Assembly: GCA_030680835.1 (NCBI GenBank)
Contig: JAUXUD010000014.1
Coordinates: forward strand, 18,965-82,964
DNA from: Bacteroidota bacterium
GTDB lineage: Bacteria; Bacteroidota; Bacteroidia; UKL13-3
Reading direction: 5' to 3'
DNA length: 64,000 nt
Shown: one piece after another, positions 48,485 to 56,142 of the stretch
How positions within the stretch are numbered: position 1 is the stretch's first letter
Layout of the letters: each line of letters begins with the position of its first letter
Notes under the pieces: model-generated
Told to the model about the DNA's origin: nothing
The model's database searches: none
What the model saw: the letters and a program-made list of their open reading frames with translations, nothing else
Made by a program: the position numbers and the translations under genes

Positions 48485-48556
48485 TCACGCAGATTCCGCA
48501 GATTTTAGCAGATTCAATCTGCGATAATCTCCATTAATCTGCCAAATCTGCGTGAA
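48485..48556. repeat. GCAGATT/AATCTGC periodic hairpin, copy 1
   Basis: TCACGCAGATT..GCAGATT..GCAGATT / AATCTGCG..AATCT..AATCTGC..AATCTGCGTGA. Confidence 0.88.
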
Positions 48557-48567
48557 AGGATAAATAA

Positions 48568-49149
48568 ATGAATATGAAAAATTATTATTCACACGAAACA
48601 GCTATCATTGATGAAGGCTGTGAGATTGGTGAGGGTGTAAAAATCTGGCACTTCTCACATATTATGACGAATTGTATTATTGGCGAAAAATGCAATATTG
48701 GTCAGAATGTTGTGGTATCGCCTGAAGTTGTTTTGGGGAAAAATGTGAAGGTTCAAAACAATGTAAGTATTTATACGGGTGTTATTTGTGAGGATGATGT
48801 ATTTCTGGGACCGAGCATGGTTTTTACCAATGTGATAAATCCACGGAGTGCGGTGAATCGGAAGAGTGAATATGCAAAAACGGTAGTTAAAAAGGGAGCC
48901 AGTATTGGTGCCAATGTAACGATTGTATGCGGACATGATATTGGTGAGTATGCTTTTATCGGTGCGGGAGCGGTGGTTACCAAAACAGTTCCGGCTTATG
49001 CTCTTGTAGTGGGGAATCCGGCGAAGCAGATTGGTTGGGTATCGGAGTATGGGCATCGGTTGGTTTTTGATGAGAAAGGGAAAGCTTTTTGTATTGAAAC
49101 CAAACAGGAATATGAACTGAAAGACAATGTAGTAAAACGCCTTTTTTAA
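48568..49149 (+). CDS. wlbB: Hexapeptide-repeat N-acetyltransferase (WlbB/WbpD)
   Basis: HETAIID, IWHFSHI, KVQNNVSIY, GPSMVFTNV.NPRS, VVGNPA. Confidence 0.9.
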   Translation: MNMKNYYSHETAIIDEGCEIGEGVKIWHFSHIMTNCIIGEKCNIGQNVVVSPEVVLGKNVKVQNNVSIYTGVICEDDVFLGPSMVFTNVINPRSAVNRKSEYAKTVVKKGASIGANVTIVCGHDIGEYAFIGAGAVVTKTVPAYALVVGNPAKQIGWVSEYGHRLVFDEKGKAFCIETKQEYELKDNVVKRLF

Positions 49150-49164
49150 TTTTTAAAATTCTTA

Positions 49165-49243
49165 TGCTACAAAGAAACAAAGGAACAAATAGTGACTCGA
49201 AATTTCTTATAGTCGTACTTTGTTTCTTTGTGCCTTTGTAGCA
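49165..49243. repeat. 8-nt periodic hairpin (ACAAAG units / CTTTGT units)
   Basis: TGCTACAAAGAAACAAAGGAACAAA ... CTTTGTTTCTTTGTGCCTTTGTAGCA. Confidence 0.85.
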
Positions 49244-49264
49244 AAAAAAAAGTGAAAACATAAA

Positions 49265-50389
49265 ATGAAAATCCAAATGGTAGACTTAAAAAGTCAATAT
49301 GAAAAAATTAAATCGGAAGTAGATGCGGGTATCCAGGAAGTAATTGATAATACCGCTTTCATTAAAGGTCCGCAGGTAAAGAAGTTTGAAACAGAACTTA
49401 CGGCGTATTTAAATGTAAAGCATGTAATAGCCTGCGCCAACGGAACGGATGCTTTGCAAATAGCTATGATGGCGTTGGAACTGAAACCGGGTGATGAAGT
49501 TATTTTGCCTGCTTTTACATATGTTGCTACAGCGGAGGTGATTGCGTTATTGGGGTTGAAACCAGTAATGGTTGACGTGGAACCGGAGACGTTTTGTATA
49601 AATGTTCAATTAATCGAATCCAAAATTACCCCTAAAACAAAAGCTATTGTTCCAGTGCACTTGTTTGGGCAATGTGCCAATATGGACGCAATTTTAACAA
49701 TTGCCAGCAAGCACAGATTATTTGTAATTGAAGATACTGCACAGGCTTTAGGTTCTGTCTATACTTTTGGCGACCGGAGTAAAAAAAGTGCAGGGTGCAT
49801 GGGTACAATTGGTACTACAAGTTTTTTCCCTTCCAAAAACCTGGGTTGCTATGGGGATGGAGGAGCGTTAATGACGAACGACGATGAACTGGCTAAAAAA
49901 CTTAGAATGGTGGCAAACCATGGCCAGGCAATACAATATAAACATGATTGCATAGGTGTTAATTCAAGGTTGGATACCCTGCAGGCTGCGATATTACTTG
50001 CTAAGCTCCCACATTTGGATGCATATGCAGCAGCACGCCACCAGGCTGCAAACATATATGATCAACTATTGGGAAATCATCCAAAAATAAAAATACCGGC
50101 TCGCAATCCACAATCTACCCATGTGTTTCATCAATATACGATGCAATTAACAGGCGTTGACAGAGACACAGTTAGAAAAGCATTGGCTGATAAAGGAATT
50201 CCATCCATGGTTTATTATCCAATTCCACTTCATCAGCAAAAAGCGTTTTATAATCCCGATTATACCGATGCGGATTTTCCGGTGACGGTTGAGTTATGTA
50301 AGTCGGTTTTATCTTTGCCTATACATACGGAAATGGATGAAGAGATGATTCAATTTATATCCAATAATTTATTGGAGTTGGTTAGTTAG
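49265..50389 (+). CDS. wlbC: DegT-family aminotransferase (WlbC/WbpE)
   Basis: MVDLKSQY, NGTDAL, EDTAQA, SFFPSKNLGCYGDGG, NSRLD.LQAA. Confidence 0.88.
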   Translation: MKIQMVDLKSQYEKIKSEVDAGIQEVIDNTAFIKGPQVKKFETELTAYLNVKHVIACANGTDALQIAMMALELKPGDEVILPAFTYVATAEVIALLGLKPVMVDVEPETFCINVQLIESKITPKTKAIVPVHLFGQCANMDAILTIASKHRLFVIEDTAQALGSVYTFGDRSKKSAGCMGTIGTTSFFPSKNLGCYGDGGALMTNDDELAKKLRMVANHGQAIQYKHDCIGVNSRLDTLQAAILLAKLPHLDAYAAARHQAANIYDQLLGNHPKIKIPARNPQSTHVFHQYTMQLTGVDRDTVRKALADKGIPSMVYYPIPLHQQKAFYNPDYTDADFPVTVELCKSVLSLPIHTEMDEEMIQFISNNLLELVS

Positions 50390-50396
50390 TATACGG

Positions 50397-50498
50397 TTCA
50401 CGCACCCTTCGACAGGCTCAGGGTGACAAAAAGATTAAAGCAGATTATCGGAGATTAATTTCTGCGATAATCTGCTTTAATCTGCGACATCTGCGTGA
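50397..50498. repeat. GCAGATT/AATCTGC periodic hairpin, copy 2, with a nested REP-like unit
   Basis: TTCACGCA + CCCTTCGACAGGCTCAGGGTGACA (50405-50428) + AGATT units ... TCTGCG..AATCTGC..AATCTGCG..ATCTGCGTGA. Confidence 0.85.
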
Positions 50499-50524
50499 GT
50501 GTGAAAAATTAAAACCCAATCACA

Positions 50525-51049
50525 ATGCAAAAGCCATTAAGCTTTTTTTTAATCTTTGCAGCAAGTTATATTCTATTGAACCTGCTGTACCAGGCTTTGC
50601 TTTATTACTATACTCCCCTGCCCGATTTGTTTACGGTTGCTGTTACACGAGTTACTTTAACGTTATTACCCAACTTAAGCTATCAAACACTTTCTCATGC
50701 GACCGGACTGCAAATAATATCTGCCACACATGCAATTGTTAATATTAAAGAAGGATGCAATGGGATAGCGGTTTGGATTGCTTTGTTGAGTTTTATTATT
50801 GCTTTTAAATCCGGGAGTTTTAAAGCATATCTTATTTTTATTCCTGTTTCATTTATTATTATTCAGGTATGTAATGTTTTGAGGTTATATTTATTGATTC
50901 AGATTAAAATGAACCGGGTTTATTATTTTGATTTTTTTCATACCTATATTTTCCCGGCAATTATTTATTTATTTGCTTTTTTGTTGATGGTGGTTTGGGT
51001 TATGAGATTTGTTAAAGTGATACCTGTTCACGCAGATTATAAAGATTAA
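50525..51049 (+). CDS. xrtF: Exosortase family protein, XrtF-like
   Basis: I.EGCNG catalytic Cys motif, N..R, FH.Y.FPAIIY; short multi-TM protein. Confidence 0.82.
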   Translation: MQKPLSFFLIFAASYILLNLLYQALLYYYTPLPDLFTVAVTRVTLTLLPNLSYQTLSHATGLQIISATHAIVNIKEGCNGIAVWIALLSFIIAFKSGSFKAYLIFIPVSFIIIQVCNVLRLYLLIQIKMNRVYYFDFFHTYIFPAIIYLFAFLLMVVWVMRFVKVIPVHADYKD

Positions 51050-51089
51050 AGCTGATTTGGGAGATGCGAATCTGCGAAATCTGCGTGAA
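51027..51089. repeat. GCAGATT/AATCTGC periodic hairpin, copy 3 (overlaps the xrtF 3' end)
   Basis: TTCACGCAGATT..AGATT..TGATT / AATCTGCGAAATCTGCGTGAA. Confidence 0.8.
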
Positions 51090-51122
51090 AGGAAAAAACG
51101 CTCAAACCAAACAGCATTATCA

Positions 51123-51515
51123 ATGAAAACCAAAATTATAATAACCTTTTCGATCCTCCTCATCATCCTTAATTTCTCGCTTCAAACTTTTGATATATAT
51201 ACTTTCTCCTTCAATAAATGTGGCTTTTATTTGTTTGATTCTTCCTGTATGGATCGGGCTACATTTATCACTAATAAACTCATCCGGTTTATTGTAAACA
51301 GCTCCTGTTTACTGTTATTGGTTCATGGCTTTACGAAGCGCTCCGGAAACCAATTTTTATTTCTCCTTTTTGTTTTGATTTTTCTTTTGGGTATTGACTT
51401 GTTTTTTGCAATGCATGGTGGTGAATTTTTTGTTCAGTTGCATAAAATTCTTAACCCTATTGTTTACAGTCCATTAGTAACGATAGCCTATATCGGCTCA
51501 CGGTTTTTTAGATAA
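51123..51515 (+). CDS. Exosortase F system-associated membrane protein (probable)
   Basis: Small 4-TM protein with LIRFIVNS directly after xrtF; the upstream TTG extension reads through a repeat. Confidence 0.6.
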   Translation: MKTKIIITFSILLIILNFSLQTFDIYTFSFNKCGFYLFDSSCMDRATFITNKLIRFIVNSSCLLLLVHGFTKRSGNQFLFLLFVLIFLLGIDLFFAMHGGEFFVQLHKILNPIVYSPLVTIAYIGSRFFR

Positions 51516-51542
51516 CATTCATCCATTTATTAATTAAATTAC

Positions 51543-51623
51543 GCCCTTTCAGGGCTTAGGAATTTGTGGGCTTCATTGAACGATGGGCTTCACCCATCGC
51601 TATTGATGGCGGCCTTTCAGGCC
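51543..51623. repeat. REP-like palindrome cluster
   Basis: GCCCTTTCAGGGC (51543), CGATGGGCTTCACCCATCG (51581), GGCCTTTCAGGCC (51611). Confidence 0.75.
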
Positions 51624-51682
51624 TGGGATTATTCGCTTAAATTTTTATATTTTTTAATGATAATTTTGTGGGAAGGTGGGAA

Positions 51683-51706
51683 GGGCAAAATGCAATTTGC
51701 CCGTAC
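51683..51706 (-). repeat. GTAG/GTAC-type REP palindrome
   Basis: Minus strand GTACGGGCAAATTGCATTTTGCCC. Confidence 0.65.
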
Positions 51707-51730
51707 CAGTGATTTTATATAGATTTGTTT

Positions 51731-53449
51731 ATGTTGTTTTTGATTGCTTATTTTATTTTTGTTTTTGTTTTGCTGTTTGTTTATGGGGTGCTGCCATTTG
51801 TTTTTTTGAAACAGGTTCCGCCGCGAAATCCGTTTGTGGGTTTTGTTCTTGGGTTTGCAGTGCTGGGGTTTATGAGCATTTTGTTTTGGGTGGGTGGGCC
51901 TGTTAATTTTCTTTGTTTTTGGGTTACGGTTTTGGGGGCTGTTGTTGCACTATGGATGAACCGGGAATATTATTTATTGGCGTTTACGCAATTAATTAAT
52001 TGGGTCAGACAACAAGCCCTTTTTGAAAAGGCATTGATTGGATTGTTGTTAATTGTGATTCTCTACCAAAGTGCGCAAGCACCAAAAATTAATGATATGG
52101 GCATGTATTATTTACAAACCATGCAATGGATGCACAGTTATGGTTTGGTTCATGGGCTTGCTAACCTGCATCCTGCATTGGGATTGGGTTCAGCCTGGCA
52201 TAGCCTTGTGGTTTTATTGGATCCGTTTTCAATTGGATTGGGGCATTTTTGGCAATTAAATGGGGTGTTGCTGTATGTGTTTATTTTGTTTTGTTGGTTT
52301 GAAATTAAACAATATGCTTCTGTTTATTTATGGATTGTATTTATTATTTCTATTCCTGTTTCGTTTATGTATCTTACGGCTCCGAGTCCGGATTTGCCTG
52401 TTTTATTATTGAGTGGGATTTTGTTTTATACTGTTTGGTTTCTTACTGATAAAATACATTGGTTTACACTACTGCTTTTATGTGTATTTATATTTGCCTG
52501 CAAGCCTCCGGCTTTTTTGGCGGTGTTGATGGCTTTTGTAGTTTTTATTAGCATCGTTAAATCAGCAAAAAAAAGAATACTTTTTATTTTTTTTGGATTG
52601 CTTTTGTGTTCATTAGTTTTATATAAAAATTATATTTTATCGGGCTATTTGTTGTACCCTTATAGTAAGCCGGATATTATGGATGTAAGCTGGAAGGTGC
52701 CTGCAGATTGGAATGCAGCCTACACTAAGGGTATTGTTAGTTGGGGATTAAGGGACAAATGGGACTTGGGGGACAAGGGGGACTTATGGGGGAATTATGG
52801 GGGAAATACCAGGTTATGGGTTTGGTTGACACGATTGGGGTATAAGGGGTTTATGAATAAGCTGATTTTTTTGAATTTTTTGTTGGGGCTTGTGAATTTA
52901 TTTTTGGGACTTAAAGCTAAGAAAATATTTTCGAAAGATTATTTGGTTTTGATTGCTATTCTGTTTATTCAAATCATTGAATGGTTGATGTTGAGTCAGT
53001 ATCGGTTGATGTTGCCAGGCAGTTTGGTTTTAGTTGGATTTAATTTTTATTTAATTGTAAATTCATTTAAAATTGAAAATTCATGGCTAACACGATTTAA
53101 TTTATCATTTAAACCTTTGGTTGTTTATGCCCTTATGATGTTTTACGGGCTTGCATTAATTCCTTTTAGTGTATTCTCTAAAGGATCGAGGAACAAAACG
53201 ATTACCCGATTGGACGGGTTTAATAGCAATTATTTGATTGAACCATACAAGGGATTTGTTAATGAAAAAATGGATAGTATAATTGTTGATTCTATGAATA
53301 TTTATTATTATCCCAATCAAACTTATTGCTGGGATTGTGCGATTCCTTGTGTGAGTAATTCACATAGGAAATTTCTGTTTAATAATTTTGAATATACTGT
53401 GAAGCCTTTGGGTACAAGGGTTTCGGAGGGATTTATGTTGATTAAATAG
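51731..53449 (+). CDS. Polytopic membrane protein (LIC_10190-like, possible GT-C fold)
   Basis: D..MYY.QT..W...YG.V.GLANLH..LG..S.W, SPDLP, KNYILSGY..YP, CW....PC. Confidence 0.7.
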   Translation: MLFLIAYFIFVFVLLFVYGVLPFVFLKQVPPRNPFVGFVLGFAVLGFMSILFWVGGPVNFLCFWVTVLGAVVALWMNREYYLLAFTQLINWVRQQALFEKALIGLLLIVILYQSAQAPKINDMGMYYLQTMQWMHSYGLVHGLANLHPALGLGSAWHSLVVLLDPFSIGLGHFWQLNGVLLYVFILFCWFEIKQYASVYLWIVFIISIPVSFMYLTAPSPDLPVLLLSGILFYTVWFLTDKIHWFTLLLLCVFIFACKPPAFLAVLMAFVVFISIVKSAKKRILFIFFGLLLCSLVLYKNYILSGYLLYPYSKPDIMDVSWKVPADWNAAYTKGIVSWGLRDKWDLGDKGDLWGNYGGNTRLWVWLTRLGYKGFMNKLIFLNFLLGLVNLFLGLKAKKIFSKDYLVLIAILFIQIIEWLMLSQYRLMLPGSLVLVGFNFYLIVNSFKIENSWLTRFNLSFKPLVVYALMMFYGLALIPFSVFSKGSRNKTITRLDGFNSNYLIEPYKGFVNEKMDSIIVDSMNIYYYPNQTYCWDCAIPCVSNSHRKFLFNNFEYTVKPLGTRVSEGFMLIK

Positions 53450-53450
53450 T

Positions 53451-53602
53451 ATCCTTCGACAGGCTCAGGATGACAAGCCTTCTTGTTATATTTGGCAGTG
53501 ATTTTTGGTGGGATAAATTTTTTGCAAAGCAAAAAATTTATCCCACCAAAAATCACTGCTCTTAATTAATTGCGTATTGTCATCCTGAGCTTGCCGAAGG
53601 AT
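53451..53602. repeat. Nested palindrome: inverted REP pair enclosing a perfect 31-bp stem
   Basis: Outer arms 53451-53476 / 53577-53602 match at 24/26; inner arms 53495-53525 / 53529-53559 are perfect, with an AAA loop. Confidence 0.92.
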
Positions 53603-53665
53603 CTTCCAACTGTGTTGCTAAGGCTATCCGCGTTTCCAAAATCTCAAAAATTTTAAAGATAAACC

Positions 53666-53694
53666 TTGCATTTATGTTAAAATTAATATATTTG
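53666..53694 (+). promoter_or_regulatory. Bacteroidota housekeeping promoter (-33 TTG / -7 TAnnTTTG)
   Basis: TTG 53666-53668, 18-nt spacer, TATATTTG 53687-53694, just upstream of the ATG at 53711. Confidence 0.65.
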
Positions 53695-53710
53695 TAGGTC
53701 TTCAACCATT

Positions 53711-55681
53711 ATGAAACTCCTTAGATTACTCTTTCTGAAATCGAACCAGATACCTCGCTGGTTTATATTCCTGTTTGATTTGGGACTGTGTTCGGTTGCC
53801 TATTTGCTAGCGGTATTTACGCGCTATGTACTGGATTTTAATTCCAATCTTTTTTATAGTGCCATATCTGCTATTCCTGTATTATTGCTGGTAAAGGGCA
53901 TCACCATCAGCTATTTCAGATTACAGGCTTTTGTTATACGTTATACAAGTGTACAAGATGGGGTGCGGATTTTTTATGCCATGGGTGCTGCTGTTTTAAT
54001 CCTGTTTGGGATTGATTCGTTACATACATATTTCCCGATTGGTCAGAACCATCTTTTTCCGATTTCAATACTTTTGATTGACTTTGTTTTATCGGTATTT
54101 TTACTGGCTGCGTTTCGGGTATTTGTTAAACTGATGTATATCCGCATAAATATGTCGACTACGGAAAAGAAGACTTTTTATGCCATATACGGAGCAGGTG
54201 CTGCGGGATTAACCACCAAAAGAAAACTGGAGCAGGAAAGCAAAAACGGGATTAAGGTAATTGCTTTTTTTGATGATAATATTAACCAGCACCATAAAAT
54301 ATTAGAAGGCATCACCATTTATAATGGCTCTTCGGAGATGGAGGATGTGATTAAAAAGCATCATGTTGAACAGTTGATTATTGCCATCCCGAGTATTTCG
54401 AAAGCGCGCAAACAGGATATTATTGAAAGGTGCCTGGCCATGAATGTTGCAGTAAGAAACGTTCCTCCTGTTGAGAAATGGATTAACGGAGAATTGAGTT
54501 TTAACCAGATAAAAAATGTAAAAATTGAAGATTTAATTGAACGCGATGTAATTTCCCTGGATAAAGAAATGATTGGCGAGCAGGTAAATGGAAGGGTTAT
54601 AATGGTTACGGGAGCGGGTGGTTCTATAGGATCAGAAATGGTACGGCAACTCCTGAAATTTAAACCCAAGAAATTATTGTGTGTTGACAAATCGGAGATT
54701 AACCTATACCAATTGGATAGTTATATAAGTGAAAACCATCCCAATGAACTGAATACATTTGTTGAAATATTGGTTGGGGATATAACCAATGAGCCCAGGA
54801 TGCGCCTGATTTTTGAAAAGTACAAACCTGAAATCATATACCATGCGGCTGCGTACAAACATGTGCCTTTAATGGAAGAAAATCCAGGGGAAGCAGTTTG
54901 GGTGAATATTAAAGGTACCAAAACTATTGCTGATTTATCGGTACGTTTTAAAACGGAACGTTTTGTTATGGTGAGTACGGATAAGGCTGTGAATCCTACC
55001 AATGTAATGGGTGCCAGTAAACGCATAGCGGAAATATACGTTCAGTCGCTTTCTAATTATCATTTAAAAAACAATACCGGCAAAACCAAGTTTATCACTA
55101 CCCGTTTTGGAAATGTGCTGGGTTCAAGCGGCTCAGTAATCCCCCGGTTCAGAAAACAAATTGAAGAAGGGGGTCCAATTACGGTTACCCACCCCGATAT
55201 TACCCGTTATTTTATGACCATACCTGAAGCCTGCCAACTGGTATTGGAGGCCGGTAAAATGGGCAGAGGGGGCGAAATCTACATATTCGATATGGGCAAA
55301 TCGACCCGGATTGTTGATCTGGCTCGTAAAATGGTAAAACTATCGGGACTTACTCTGGGCAAGGATATTCAAATAGTATACACCGGTTTACGCCCGGGTG
55401 AAAAGATATACGAAGAACTGCTGAACGACGAAGAAAATTCGTTACCTACGCATCATGACAAGATTATGATTGGTAAAGTACGTTCCTATGATTTTGAGGA
55501 CATAAAAAAATGTATTGGTGAACTGATAGAGGCCTATTCAACCCAGGATGGCATGCTGATGGTAGCGAAAATGAAAAAGATTGTACCTGAATTTAAAAGT
55601 AAGAATTCTATATTCGAGAGTCTTGATAATGATGTACAGCTGCCGGATAGCTCGGATTTGGAGCGGATGCTGCTGTCGTAA
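53711..55681 (+). CDS. Membrane-anchored NDP-sugar 4,6-dehydratase (CapD/WbpM/PglF)
   Basis: 4 N-terminal TMs, YGAG.AG, TGAGGSIGSE, HAAAYKHVP, STDKAVNPTNVMGASKR, RFGNVLGS.GSV, GLRPGEK. Confidence 0.93.
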   Translation: MKLLRLLFLKSNQIPRWFIFLFDLGLCSVAYLLAVFTRYVLDFNSNLFYSAISAIPVLLLVKGITISYFRLQAFVIRYTSVQDGVRIFYAMGAAVLILFGIDSLHTYFPIGQNHLFPISILLIDFVLSVFLLAAFRVFVKLMYIRINMSTTEKKTFYAIYGAGAAGLTTKRKLEQESKNGIKVIAFFDDNINQHHKILEGITIYNGSSEMEDVIKKHHVEQLIIAIPSISKARKQDIIERCLAMNVAVRNVPPVEKWINGELSFNQIKNVKIEDLIERDVISLDKEMIGEQVNGRVIMVTGAGGSIGSEMVRQLLKFKPKKLLCVDKSEINLYQLDSYISENHPNELNTFVEILVGDITNEPRMRLIFEKYKPEIIYHAAAYKHVPLMEENPGEAVWVNIKGTKTIADLSVRFKTERFVMVSTDKAVNPTNVMGASKRIAEIYVQSLSNYHLKNNTGKTKFITTRFGNVLGSSGSVIPRFRKQIEEGGPITVTHPDITRYFMTIPEACQLVLEAGKMGRGGEIYIFDMGKSTRIVDLARKMVKLSGLTLGKDIQIVYTGLRPGEKIYEELLNDEENSLPTHHDKIMIGKVRSYDFEDIKKCIGELIEAYSTQDGMLMVAKMKKIVPEFKSKNSIFESLDNDVQLPDSSDLERMLLS

Positions 55682-55691
55682 GGGAAATGGG

Positions 55692-55714
55692 ACCCTTCGA
55701 CAAGATCAGGATGA
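55692..55714 (+). repeat. Degenerate copy of the CCTTCGACAAGCTCAGGATGAC REP
   Basis: ACCCTTCGACAAGATCAGGATGA. Confidence 0.75.
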
Positions 55715-55756
55715 TATGGGAAATGGGCAGGGTTCAATTTTGATATCAATTAAAAT

Positions 55757-55781
55757 GGGCACGCGCGAGGCTTGCCCCTAC
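55757..55781 (-). repeat. GTAG-type REP palindrome
   Basis: Minus strand GTAGGGGCAAGCCTCGCGCGTGCCC. Confidence 0.7.
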
Positions 55782-55854
55782 GGGATTTTTATTGTGAATA
55801 AATTCGCTATATGAATTTATTATGCCATTACATTATTAATAATCAAATCCTTTT

Positions 55855-55873
55855 AATTAGATTTATTCTAAAT
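55855..55873. promoter_or_regulatory. Candidate Fur-like operator upstream of the act operon
   Basis: AATTAGATTTATTCTAAAT, a TTAGA-N5-TCTAA inverted repeat. Confidence 0.4.
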
Positions 55874-55930
55874 AGTATTTTTTTTTCACATGCTATGCAG
55901 TGAAGATGGTGTGTGCTTATATTCGCGGCA

Positions 55931-56080
55931 CATTAGTAAAAAGCAATAGAGTCTGTCTATAATGTCCTCTGGCTGCGTTATGCTCGTCCCCAAAAATGCT
56001 CATGTACACGAGCACACTGCGCTTTTTGGAAACTCGCATGCCTTGCCAGAGAACATTCTATCCCAGACTCTATACTAATG
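55931..56080. mobile_element. MITE-like ~150-bp palindromic element
   Basis: CATTAGTA/TACTAATG outer pair; ATAGAGTCTG (55946-55955) / CAGACTCTAT (56064-56073) perfect inverted repeat; AATGTCCTCTGGC / GCCAGAGAACATT inner pair; no ORF. Confidence 0.65.
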
Positions 56081-56142
56081 GACTGACACAAATTAGTTTT
56101 GCAAATCCTTAATAATTAAAGACATAATCATCCTAAAAATAA

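Noticed and set aside
51057..51122. N-terminal extension MGDANLRNLRERK on the XrtF-associated protein
   Set aside because: It is read-through of the AATCTGCG repeat from a TTG; the ATG at 51123 is more plausible.
55740..55753. FNR-like site TTGAT-ATCA-ATTAA
   Set aside because: It has one mismatch, lies ~390 nt from actA and is wedged between two REP units; likely chance.
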